NCBI GenBank assembly: GCA_000002435.2
Contig: CM018790.1
From: Giardia intestinalis
Taxonomy: Eukaryota
Strand: one strand, 5' to 3'
DNA: 64,000 nucleotides
Both the position numbers and the translations under genes were made by a program. The notes under the pieces were generated by a model that made no database searches, was not told the DNA's origin, and saw only the letters and a list, made by a program, of their open reading frames with translations. Shown here piece by piece: positions 41,992 to 53,010 of this stretch; position 1 is the first letter of the stretch, and every line of letters starts with the position of its first letter.

Positions 41992-42945
41992 ATGGTTGGC
42001 TGCTGTCTATCACCCGCTGACCAAATTGAGGTCCTTCGTAAGCTAGCTGAAGAAGTTATCAGGGTACGAAAGATCCAAGAGACTGCAAATGATCTTGTTG
42101 CAAATCCTTACAGACTTTATACTTACGTTATAAAAACGTCTGTAAACTGGCGCAAAATTGCCACGGAGATCAACCAAAATCGCAACAGGATCTACCACTG
42201 GTACCGTGAAACGCATCTAAGAAACATTCTGAACATAAAGATGACAGAAGAAGATCGTCAGATTATCCGTGGAATTATCATAGATGGGATTGAAAGCAGA
42301 AGGATTGTGAGAGAAGACATCTATGGAAAGGTTCGCGAGAAATTTGGGAAAAAGTATCCACGCCAAGAATTGCGGATGACTTATAACAATATAATCAACA
42401 GCCGTAGTATCAAAACCCTCTTCAAGAAGTGCGGTATTCAGCATTCCTCGAGACGCAGCAGATCATGTGCGGCCATCCATCACCCATCTAGCGCAGAGCA
42501 GTGCCTCCCTAACGAGGAGGTGTTTAAACCACCCGTATTTCGCCTACCTGGTTACAATGATGAAACCCCATCTTCTCCTCAGGACGAAGACGAAACAGGG
42601 ACGTCTGTACCTGAGAACTCGCTATCTGCGCCACCAGAGTCTGTTGCTTGCAGCATTGTCGAGCCAAGGAACCTACCATCCAGCCTTTCCTTGGTTCCGC
42701 CCTTCGCGCCCACTCCTAGCGCTGCTCCGAATGTTTATCCGATCCCGGGTGTCTATCCGGCCCCTGGTGCCGTCCCTTATCTCCAGGCGTCGGGGGTGCT
42801 CAGTCTACAGCCGACGCCCTACCCCTTCGGCTTCGGGGTGCCGCTGACATACGTCCCTGTTCTGATACAATCGCCAGGACATACTGGCGGATGGCCCGTG
42901 GGCACGGGTGACGGTCCGCTCGGAAGGCCGACCAGGCAGCCCTGA
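41992..42945 (+). CDS. Myb/SANT-like HTH protein with Pro-rich C-terminus (paralog B)
   Basis: VNWRKIATEINQNRNRIYHWYRETHL and TEEDRQIIRGIIIDGIESRR. Paralogous to 22032..22922 (shared blocks IRVR, LVANP, YHWY.ET, MTYNN, SSRRS). The ORF-track start is a TTG; the ATG is at 41992. Confidence 0.5.
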   Translation: MVGCCLSPADQIEVLRKLAEEVIRVRKIQETANDLVANPYRLYTYVIKTSVNWRKIATEINQNRNRIYHWYRETHLRNILNIKMTEEDRQIIRGIIIDGIESRRIVREDIYGKVREKFGKKYPRQELRMTYNNIINSRSIKTLFKKCGIQHSSRRSRSCAAIHHPSSAEQCLPNEEVFKPPVFRLPGYNDETPSSPQDEDETGTSVPENSLSAPPESVACSIVEPRNLPSSLSLVPPFAPTPSAAPNVYPIPGVYPAPGAVPYLQASGVLSLQPTPYPFGFGVPLTYVPVLIQSPGHTGGWPVGTGDGPLGRPTRQP

Positions 42946-45104
42946 GCCCCTGCTGCACCGCCTCGCACCAGAGGAGGAATCACGGTCTACAGCCAGAAGG
43001 GCAAAAGAGGCGCGTGGGTGGAAGCGCTCTCCCGATTTTCTTTTCGAGCTCGAACAGAACAGCCGTAGAGACTGTACGAAAACATCCTACAGTACCATCG
43101 AGGCCTCGCACGGAGGGGTTCTGAATGGACGAACGCCTAGGCTGGGAGCCATTCTAGAGCCGATTCTGGCCGAGGAAGGGGCTCCCCGCTTACGGGGGCA
43201 TGGCGGCTCCGCTGGCCACGTACGGCGACAGTTGCCGGGTCAGCGGCCCAGCCAAACCAGCGATGCCGCTGCGGAAGCCACCCCCGGCCCTGTCCCACAC
43301 AGTCGATGCCCTTGGCAGCCGCCTGCTCCAGTCCAGATCCACCCCACCGGCTGCGTGCCAGGGCCAGACATCTAGCAACCACAGAGACACGTCCACCGAG
43401 GCCGACACTGGCTGCACACACCGACCGGCGCGTCGATTCGAGGCACAGACGCGCATTTTTTCTTTTGTCCGGCGAGATTCCGGGCTGCGCTGGCTGCACG
43501 GATGCACGCAGCTGTTCCGCGCCGGCCGGGGCTTTCCGAGGCAGGCCTTGCGCGAGAACGCGACGTCTCGTGCAGGTCCACCGACCCTCTGGCGGGCCCA
43601 CGGCCGCGGAGTGTCCGTCCCTGTTGCGATGCAGTGCACACGGCTTTGTAGCACGTGCAGAGACCCAGTTGCCCTGCCCTGGCTGTGGCTCCTGCGCGCT
43701 GCGGCCAGCCACTGAGACCAGCCCCCATTGGAGCAGGCCACGGCAGGGCCCGCCGGACAAGCTCTCTACATGAGCACATGCTGCACAGCTTAGAGGCGAA
43801 CGCTGCACAGCCCGGCTAGTGCTCGCTGCCCCTATCGCTGCGTGGTACCTCTTCGTGAGACGACTGCGCAAGGCCACCCGATCGAGGGCTACGGCAGGAC
43901 GCAAAGAGTGGACTAGTTCAGGGCGTTGTGCATCTAGTAGGCCTGTGAGTACGCCTAGGTCGTGTATAGCTATTACATCAACATACTCATGTAGGTGGAT
44001 ACAACTGATTGCTCCGAATGGACTGGTTCTTGATGGCGTGGGCTGATGGAAGGACGCATTTGTATTACAGGTCCAAGCATAGAGGGTGGCAGCAGGAAAC
44101 GAAAAGTGGCCTGATTGCTGGTGTGCAGGTAAATGCAGCTATTTACATTTGACTTACCTAGCATACTGGATGATCATACTGATTGGATTCCGATAAAATG
44201 CATGCACGAGACTTACTGGTGTCTACTGATTTAAGAATTGAATGAGCAAACGCTAGGATAAGCTTGGTATGCCAATAGATAAATCACATTTAGGGAGGTA
44301 ACAATGAAATTTGTAGGAATAAAGAGACGCTCATAATATGCTGTTTCGATGATAGTAAAGGCTCTAGCACGAAGTTCATTAATCTATTATCAACAGAGAT
44401 AATAAGAAATCCAGGAGAAATGATAGCGAATCTATAATACACCCCATAAAAGGCTATAAGCACTATGGGATAATTAAGAAATGTGAAGGATATACCAGAG
44501 AATGTTATTTAAAAGGAAAGAAGTGCGTATTCAAAATCAGCAATAGTAACAAGGATAGCCTCGTTGCCAAGGATTCCATCACTGTCATCCTTATTGTCAA
44601 CCTTTCTGTCAGAGGTTCTTTTACTGTAGGAAAGTATAAACATAATCATCTATTTAAGTGGTAAACGCATCGTCTAACATCTGCTCAGCAGCCTTACACA
44701 GAAGTCCCGAAATAAGTAGTCACGGGGCAGAGTCTCCTGACGCTGCCAAATAAGCATATATAGTGCTCCCTCTGCATGGAGCACTGGAGGCCCGGCACGG
44801 AGTGGCCACAACTTCTCGTGGATACAGGCTGGTCGAAGCCGCTGGTGGCTGTATCCTCCAACCCCCTGCTTCAGAGCGTGGCTGCGCATGCTCTGCACGG
44901 CGCCTTCTCCTGCAGTGTCCGTGCGCTCGCCGGATGGAGCGAACCCAGCTAGCTACGCGGCCGCCACTGCAGGCCCCTCTTCACCCTGTATGCAGAAGCG
45001 CTGACCCGGGAAGAGGTGTCCCAGGGAGCCACGGGCAGCTGGTTGGAGTGAAACACGTTGGGACTTTTTGAAAATGGCCCTGTCCCGTGCCGGCCACGCG
45101 GCCT

Positions 45105-45725
45105 CTAGACCAGCGAGGCGAGGAGCTTCTTGATCCCTGGGCGCGCACGGTAGCCATCAGATAGCTCGCGCAGCGGTGGAAACTGGTCCACGAGCTCCGG
45201 ATACTCTGCGTCCGCATAATACAGGACCTCCAGGACCGCGTAGTCCGAATAGAGCGGCTCGGGAGCCAGGCTCCGGAGGCTCAGCACGTCCCGGGTCAGA
45301 ACGGTCAATCCCGGAAGGATCCTGTTCTGTCGGTAGGCCGCGATGCACTCCGAGCGCGTCATCTCTGCCCCAGCGGCAAGGGCCTCTGCCACGGCTTCGG
45401 GCTCCTTCCAGACGGCGGCAAGAAGATCCTCACAGAAGAGCACCAGGGCCCGCGCAGCAGCCTGCACCTGCAATGACGTGCTGTACCGCCCCAGGCTCGC
45501 CCCCAGGTACTCTAGAATGACCATGCCCCCGGCCACCCGCGCTGCGCTGTCTTCCCACACGGGGAGCGTGCACGATGGTGCACCTACCTTCGCCGCGGCC
45601 ACCTGCTCAGCGCTCGCCAAGGGCGCCCACTCGTACCGTATCTCCAGGTCTGCGAGCAGGAGCCGGCACTTCAATGCGGTGCCCCGGGCGTCGTAGTACG
45701 TGAGTCTCGGCGGAACTACGTCCAT
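45105..45725 (-). CDS. glutathione S-transferase-fold protein (sigma/alpha-like cytosolic GST), GC-rich codon usage
   Basis: MDVVPPRLTYYDARGTALKCRLLLADLEIRYE...LPVWEDSAARVAGGMVILEYL aligns to the sigma-GST N-domain (KLTYFNMRGRAEIIRYIFAYLDIQYE...IPILEVDG..SLAIARYL). The C-domain aligns too. The ORF-track start is a TTG; the ATG is at 45725, preceded by 'gggaagtaaa'. Confidence 0.5.
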   Translation of the reverse strand: MDVVPPRLTYYDARGTALKCRLLLADLEIRYEWAPLASAEQVAAAKVGAPSCTLPVWEDSAARVAGGMVILEYLGASLGRYSTSLQVQAAARALVLFCEDLLAAVWKEPEAVAEALAAGAEMTRSECIAAYRQNRILPGLTVLTRDVLSLRSLAPEPLYSDYAVLEVLYYADAEYPELVDQFPPLRELSDGYRARPGIKKLLASLV

Positions 45726-46813
45726 TTTACTTCCCCGGTGGGCTCGTATCAACCGTGCCAAGGTGCGAGGCAACCCCTGGCACGCGGGCCGCCTCTCCCA
45801 GGGGGAGATCCTTGGGTTTCAGTTTACAACCTGAGCACCAGCTTCGTGTAGCTGCTATGCATTGCTAGCTACTACTGCCTGCATAGATAGTGGTGGGGTT
45901 GGGGTGGACACTAGGCTGGCGCGGTTTATGGAGGTCGTCTGCCTCCCGGGTCGCTTGAACCTAGCCGGAGTCTTCCCATTGGACCCTCTAAGTCATATCA
46001 CGAATCATAGGACGGATAAACTAGCCCCTAGCGGGTCAAAAGGGTCGGCAGTGATCGCAGCCACTGTGTCACTCGAGGACCTGTTGAGGCCCGGGACTCT
46101 GCAGAAGCCCCTCACTAGCTCGGTCTTGAAGTCCACGCTCTTGTGTGCCAAGATCCACGTCTTGTTATGCGTGCCGTGCTTTCCAGTACAATCGTGCTTA
46201 TACTTGTCGCCCTCTCTAATGCAGCTTCTAATGCTACCATGACGGGAGTTCTCGCTGTTTTGTACTTCATGTTTGTCAACACGGCCTAGGTGCCCTGCTG
46301 TCTGCTCTGCAGTCGCTTTATCTCCTGCTAAAAGGAAGTGAGAGCTCTTGGGTATCCGGTAAGACGTCCGGGCAAACGCGATAATGCTTCGATGAGTGTA
46401 CGTTAGTCGCATCGGCACAGAGCGCGTGCTAACCGGACGAAGCCATGTGCCTGCTGACTTCTATACAATATTCTAAGGCTATCCGGTCTCTGCATGGCAC
46501 CGCCAGGTGTGTAGTGGGGCCTGTGGCCATTAAGACCCAGAAGAGCCTCTTCTCCTACTTGGCTTCGGAGTCACTCCCAGTAGAGTATTGTTATGAGGCT
46601 GGTGTGCAGAGAAACACCGAATAGTTTGTACCGGTACACATGACCCCTTATCCCCAGACGGCACTCGCCATGGCTAGGCATTCGTAGAACCGCAGCATCG
46701 TGGGCTTGTGCACCGCTCACTGCCCATGCACGTGTAGCTGCAGACACACAAGCCAGTCGAGAGGCGCTTGCTTGCCCGGCTCCCTCATCACTGTTCAGAA
46801 CATCGAACTCCTT

Positions 46814-46893
46814 ATGCGAGCCACCGCCGCCCTGGGCAAGCGGGTCTCCCTCATCCCTGCATCAACCAAGATCAAAACCTAGAGTTCGAACTC
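46814..46893 (+). repeat. 80-bp repeat unit, copy A of an internal inverted pair
   Basis: atgcgagccaccgccgccctgggcaagcgggtctccc...ctagagttcgaactc. About 80% identical to the reverse complement of 48391..48465; the first 35 nt differ at 2 positions. Confidence 0.55.
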
Positions 46894-48390
46894 AGGTGTC
46901 AAGCGACTCTGGTGGGAGAAAAAGAACTTTTGTTCTGCCCTCTTCCCAAGAACGAGACAGGACAACCACGATCAGGGGACGATCATGATACGCTCCACAA
47001 GGCAGCCCCGAGCCGCCTGGAGACCAGACCCTGGCCTTCCTCGAGACCTAGCAGATTGCGTTCCACTGGATGTACATGGGTGGCGTTTGCATGGCGCAGG
47101 GAGACGCAGGCTGATGGGTACAGCGGTCTTGCTCGACATAATGAACTCCAACAGTAGACGGCCTCTGCCAGGCGAGTGTGCCCCGTCCCGAGGAGCTGCG
47201 TCGGGGCCTTCCTCCGGCTGCGACACACGAGGTATCTGGACTCGGTCCCTCAGGGCCCTGCGCATGCTTCTGTGCTGCGGGAGACAGAACCTGCTCGCCA
47301 GGAGCTGAAGGAGAGGCCCCGCTCAGTACCCATGCCGACGACACATTCAGCTTCCATAGTGACGACAAGCCTGGCGAAACGCTATAGCTCGACGGTCAAC
47401 ACTGGGTGTGGGAGCACTGAGGGGCAGGAGGCCTCCTTTCTAACTAGTCTCGAAGGAGCTTCCAAGACAACGAAGAGCCGAAGCTAGTGATGATGCGCCG
47501 ATCATTTGCCACGCTTGTCGAGATGGACCCACACGTGACCTATGTGAATCCCTCGACAGGCAAGTCGGCCCTTGGGGTGCTTGGCTGACAGAGGCGGACT
47601 GATCCCGACCGCACCGAAGAGTGGTAGCGGCTTGGACCACCTGCCGGGCGTCTGCCGCAGTAGCTGGCAGTGTCTGACATCCTCGAGTAGATGGGCGCCA
47701 AGCGAGACGGCCTGAGGGTGAACCAGTCCTGACCGCTCCCGGTGTCTCAGACGACGCCTCTTAGAGAGGTGGCCCTGGACCGACGCCTCGACAGACCGAA
47801 GCATCACCCCAGGTGTGCTGTGCGGTGTGAAGACGGACGTAGTCCGCATCGTCAGCTGAGCCAGACGCACTGCACAGGGTGAGCGTCGACATGATCTCGT
47901 GCTAGGTGATGGACCACCTGCAAGAGCGCACTGCGATCCATGGGCAGAGGGATGGGCCTCTTCCCCGACACCACCGCATGGGATTACTCCATCGGCATCC
48001 ATGAACGCGTACTCTGACTCCAAGACAGAGGCGTACGGGGGGCGCGCTCTCCCGGTCATACTCGGGACCGATGATACAATCCACGAGGAGACGAAGAGGC
48101 ACCCCGAGGAACGGGGTAGACACCCGGGGTCGTGGCGTATCCCATCTTCGTCGTAGAGCATCAGCGCCACAAAGCTACTCCGGAGTACATGGCCAGAGTC
48201 AAGCTTCCAAGGCCAGATCCTGTGACCGACGGCAGGCCCTGATATAGCGGGTGTCCACCCAGGTGCCAGACGATAGTTGACTCCGATGGGTCAGAGGAAG
48301 GGAAGTCCTAGAGGGCACCGCGAGGAGCGGCAGCTTCCAGGGGAAGCGGGAATAGGAGTTCTTCCGCCGGGATCAAGGGCATCCGCCTCT

Positions 48391-48465
48391 CGAACTCTGG
48401 ATTTGGATCTCGGCTGGTACAGGGGCGAGAGAGACTCGCTTGCCCAGGGTGGCGGTGGCTCGCAT
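48391..48465 (-). repeat. copy B (inverted) of the same repeat; with copy A brackets a ~1.5-kb segment
   Basis: The reverse complement reads atgcgagccaccgccaccctgggcaagcgagtctctctcgcccctgtaccagccgagatccaaatccagagttcg. Confidence 0.55.
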
Positions 48466-51400
48466 GGGAAGATTACTCAGATAGCAGGCGACAGCCCCAC
48501 CCCGGCTAAAAAACTTGAGGCAGCCGTTGCACCCGCCGCCCCCAGGACAGAGCTTCTGCACGCATGGCCAGCTGCCCTCGTCAGTCCGGTCTACTGGTCC
48601 AATAGTCTGGGGACCCTTTACGCCGTTTTCTGGCATACGATGTATCGCAACTGCTCATGGGAGTAAGCAGTATGAAAAGGCAATTGCATGTGTGGACAGC
48701 GTGTTATGCTCGTCTCAGAGGACCGATGTGTCTAAATACGGATCGCTGTACTGAGCCACACGCCCCACTGTCTTGCGCCAGTGACTGCCTCCACCACTGC
48801 ACTTGCTACAATGGAGCTGTGTCGGCCCAACAGATTGAACATGCCCCATATCGGCTCCCTCTGACGATGCGTACACGCCGCATAAGGTCTGATAGTAGAG
48901 CGGACACCGTGTGCCGAGGCGTCTGCCATTGATGGGAGACAGCACTTGGTTGCACCAGAGGTGCCTTTATGTAGGCCTACAATCTCTGTGCCTGCCCATC
49001 CACCGGTTGTAATGACAACTGCACACTCGGAAAGGCGCTATGGAAAGCTGCCTTTCAAGATGAGACGTAAACCCACATATAAAGCCAGAAGCAGAACCTT
49101 GTGCACAAACTGTTATGATCCTAGTGTGGTGACCGGTTTGGACTGCGGCACGCTCCTCGCCTATCTTATGTTCGTTTGCATGGTCGCTGCTAATGTTGAA
49201 CAGGACTGCGAGGAGATCTGTCTTTGGCTGCGCTCATCTTATAACACTTACCCCTTGATGACACACCTTAGCAAAGGAGGATGTCAGCCAGGTGCGTAGA
49301 AGGCTGCCCGTGCATGACGATTCCTGGAGAACTGGTTCATACAGAGAAGGTAGAGGTGACTAGCGGACCAGTTGGGCAAGGCTGACACCAGAGAGGCCAG
49401 CCACCGACCTGGATTGCAATAGGGACGCCTGTAGTGTCTTTCTTCCCTTCGGGTGTAGAAAGGTCGTGAGGCCCGCGGACAAGCTAGACGCTGCTTTCTG
49501 ATTTTATGCATTTGTAGCAGCATAGTGTTTATAGGGGTCTGCTTTGCCTGAGGCCGAGGACGTTCGCTTCCTCCTCGTATACGGACGAAGATCGGTTATA
49601 AGGATACACTGTGCAGGCTGGTACCAGTCGACGTGGTTGCTGTCCACAAATGTCTCGCCTGCGTCTTCTCATGGCAGATGATTACTAGCAGCGCTCTCAG
49701 CCCACGTGGCTAAGTCTACGGTGCATCTCCATTTCGGTCAAGGGTTGTATACGCATTACGTAGTCTGATTGATCATCAGCCAGGATAGTGTGGTCCACTC
49801 CTGTCCCCTGCTTGTCCATCTCGTGCAACTACTGCTGATGGCTTTTCTGGGTCAGTGGGTGCTTCCGTCAGTCCCACAAAGGAATGTGTCATGCAGACGG
49901 CCACTACAGGCAAGAGTCTTGTCTATCAAGAAAAGGGTCAATCGGTTTACTGCGTGGGGATCCTCTGTGCGTCTCATATAAGCCCGGCAGACCTTGTGCC
50001 CCCAGTATCTCCTCACAAGCCCCACCAGGCTCTTTTACCGTCTGGAATATCGCTACTGCCAAGCACCTTAGCTTCACTTGGCCACCCAGGGCGTTGACCC
50101 TTTGCAGCGCACTGTGGGCGTACTCACTGTGGGAGATGCACAATCAGCATTGGTCTTCTCAGCTCATCGTCTGTATGGTACTATGCTGCTTCTCAGCACA
50201 ACCCATTCTGTCGACCAGCAGGCCTTCAGACCAGGCAGCATCCCACCAAGGGGCGGTAGCAGGGACCGTGACGCGTATCTCCACCAAGGCACGGCCTCCT
50301 GGGGCATGAAGCGGGACCTCTGCCATCCTGTGGCCCTACTGATTCCTCGGATAGCAGAGATCGGAGCAGCCTAGGCTAGCGCCTTTGGGTCTCCATCTGT
50401 TCTCGTTGTCTGAGGTATACTTGACTCCAGAGACTCAGAAGGGTGCTGTACTATGTTCGTGCCTACGAGTCTTAGCCAGGCAGGGCTACCCTCTTGGAGA
50501 TTGCGCTGAGGTAGCCACATACCTGGAGCTCACCACAGCGGACCCACAGGGTCCAATCCATGGAACCCTTACCTGTCGAATGCAGGCCGTAATTGCAGCC
50601 CCACTGGTGCAGACTTTCTTAGAATAACCGGTCGACTATAGAGCCCCCCCCCACTCAGTCCACGTGAATGGACCACTCTCATCGATGGCCTACCTTGCAC
50701 GCCGAACGATCCCTACAGGCGAACAAAAATCATCCAGCCCGTAGCAGTGGACATCCTCTACACCGATGAATGGATGATCACAGCAGCCGCTTTCCTATTG
50801 AAGATTCTCCAGCCACTGAGGCCCAGGCCGGCCTCCTGCAGGATTCTTAGCAGGATCGTGCCCGATGCATGTTTGTGGCACTCCCCTCAAGGTGTATTCT
50901 GTTGGACCTTCGCTTCCTATACTGGCCTGCGAACATCGAGCCCTTCTAGCGGGGCCATACTGGAGATCACAAGGATATGGTGTCTTCGGAGACTATCCGG
51001 CTTCTGAGCCACACAATAGGGGCCCACTTCTCGCAGCAGCATCACGGAGAGGTGTATAGAGCTATACCATACCCTCTACCAGGTGACATGATGCATAAAT
51101 TAAGGGTAGGACACTTACACCGATCGGCATATCTACCCATGACCAGACACAGATTGGCCCGAAGGTAGCAATTAAATGTTGCTCGACACCCTTATCAGTG
51201 GATGGGCGCCCAACTACCCTGGTACCCGTACGAGGCCACAAGGGGCGCTGGGTCATAGATCTACTTAATGGCTGAGAAAGCGGCATGGACGCATCAGACC
51301 CCCATTCTTTCTATTCAAGTAGCCCACGACAGAGAGCCCTTTGACACTCCACACCCACAGGTTCGGGGTGCTGCGGGCAATCGTACTCCACTATTGCTTG

Positions 51401-52223
51401 CAGCGGATGGCATCAGGATAACCTTGGGTGGGAGAGAGTTGACTGGCCCAGAAAGCAGCGGTTTGGATAGCGTTTCCTCTCTGCCCAGGCTTGGAAGGTC
51501 TAGCCTGCGCCTTCTGCGCTTCACCTGACACCTCGTTGTGTACTGGGGTGGCTTATTAGTATTTACTCCAAAAGATCAAAACTAGCGCCATGTGCACTTA
51601 GCAGGCCGGTGCGCCTCGTTAGCTAGTTTATGCTGGCTTACGCCTTCCACAGACTCTAGCGGCTGCTGGGATCTTCTCTCGGGATCCAGCAAAGGTTTGT
51701 CTTTGAGCGTAGCTCCCCTGCGACAGCAAAGGGTCGCGGGCATGATCTGGTGGGTGGGAATACTAGGAGCGGATAGGAGAGTGCCGGCATACATGGGCCC
51801 GTAGAGCTCTAACCAGCGCAGGGAAGTGCAGGTGTCTGGCTCTCCGGAAATGCAGAGGCGCCGGTAGCGGGCATGGGCACAGTGGGGGCGCCCGGGCTGT
51901 CCTCCGATTGGCCGCGGAGAAGGGGGATGCCCGGCGCACGGGACGGTTCTGCTGTTTGCTTTTAGAATTTCTACTTCCTTGCGTGCTTTGCAAGGAGTGC
52001 GGGGCTCCTCGGATGTCGCTTGGCCAGGCCTGGAGGGCCCGCGATGGACGAGGTGGTGGGCTTATATAATGAACGCGTTTGGCATTCGCTGGGCTCCTCC
52101 TTCCTAGACCGAGGTATCGTAGGAGTAGGGTCTCTTCGGACTACCTGCATAGCACAGTCAGATAGACGTTTTTAGCTCTAACTATCGGACTCTTATCTAT
52201 GTAATAAGCCGAGAGGGATATCA

Positions 52224-52991
52224 ATGTTACTCATAGCCTTCTACCTTGTGCTAAGTACGCTCGCTGTCCGGCATACAACAAATCACCACTCTGAATATCT
52301 ACGCTCGGGATCTCGGTCTAATAGAGATACAGGCAATCGTGATAATGCATATGCTGCAGGGAACTGCAAGGACGGGATGGAAGAGCAGGTCGGCGCGGAT
52401 ACCGTGTGCAAGCAGTGCAACGCAGGGTTTGTCCCCATAAACGGAGTCTGCACCGCACAGGGCACCCCATCAATTGCGACCGCAGGGTGCAAGCTGGCCA
52501 ATAATGACCCTCCTGGACAGGACTCCACTGTGTGTGAGCAGTGCGGAACAGACGCCACTTACTTCCTATACAAGGGCGGATGCTACGACGCCAGCACAGG
52601 CGTGGGGCAGAGCCTTTGTAAGCGCGCATCTAACGGAGCCTGCACAGAGGCGGGAGAAGGCTACTTTGCTGCACCAAACGCCAAGGCTACCGAGCAGTCT
52701 GTTATCCCGTGCTCGGACACGACAGGGGTGACTCTCACCGGAGATAAGCAATACGTGGGGGTGGAGAACTGCGCGACGTGTGATGCTCCAGCTGGAGATG
52801 AAACGGTAGCAAAATGTAAGACATGTAGTGACAGATTCAGTTTAAGAGACAACCAATGTGTGCCTTCTAGCGTCAACAAGAGCGGCCTTTCTACCGGCGC
52901 CATTGCGGGCATCGCCGTGGCTGCTGTCATAGTTGTTGGTGGTCTCGTTGGGTTCCTCTGCTGGTGGTTCCTCTGCCGGGGCAAGGCGTAG
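52224..52991 (+). CDS. VSP: variant-specific surface protein (VSP), short 255-aa member
   Basis: Signal peptide MLLIAFYLVLSTLAV, CxxC motifs, GGCYD motif, TM AIAGIAVAAVIVVGGLVGFLCWWFL and the invariant C-terminal CRGKA. True ATG at 52224. Confidence 0.85.
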   Translation: MLLIAFYLVLSTLAVRHTTNHHSEYLRSGSRSNRDTGNRDNAYAAGNCKDGMEEQVGADTVCKQCNAGFVPINGVCTAQGTPSIATAGCKLANNDPPGQDSTVCEQCGTDATYFLYKGGCYDASTGVGQSLCKRASNGACTEAGEGYFAAPNAKATEQSVIPCSDTTGVTLTGDKQYVGVENCATCDAPAGDETVAKCKTCSDRFSLRDNQCVPSSVNKSGLSTGAIAGIAVAAVIVVGGLVGFLCWWFLCRGKA

Positions 52992-53003
52992 ATGTACTTA
53001 GGT

Positions 53004-53010
53004 AGTAAAC
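53004..53010 (+). promoter_or_regulatory. putative polyadenylation signal AGTAAAC (AGTRAAY) 13 nt after the VSP stop
   Basis: tag atgtacttaggtAGTAAACgcg; mirrored on the minus strand at 55693..55699 for the second VSP copy. Confidence 0.45.

Noticed and set aside
43137-43904. Stack of five overlapping 135-255-codon ORFs on both strands
   Set aside because: All lie in >65% GC sequence. Translations are Arg/Ala/Gly/Pro-rich and mutually overlapping. None has a convincing ATG with an AT-rich initiator. This is the stop-codon-poor composition artefact, not genes.
47502-48170. 222-codon ORF in each arm (mirror at 60533..61201)
   Set aside because: The ORF-track start is a GTG. The product is low-complexity (R/S/P/G-rich) and overlaps other ORFs in other frames, which is compositional noise inside the internal inverted-repeat element.
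50641-50649. C9 homopolymer (G9 mirror at ~58054)
   Set aside because: Isolated homopolymer with no repeat array or flanking structure; noted only as a possible sequencing-error-prone site.
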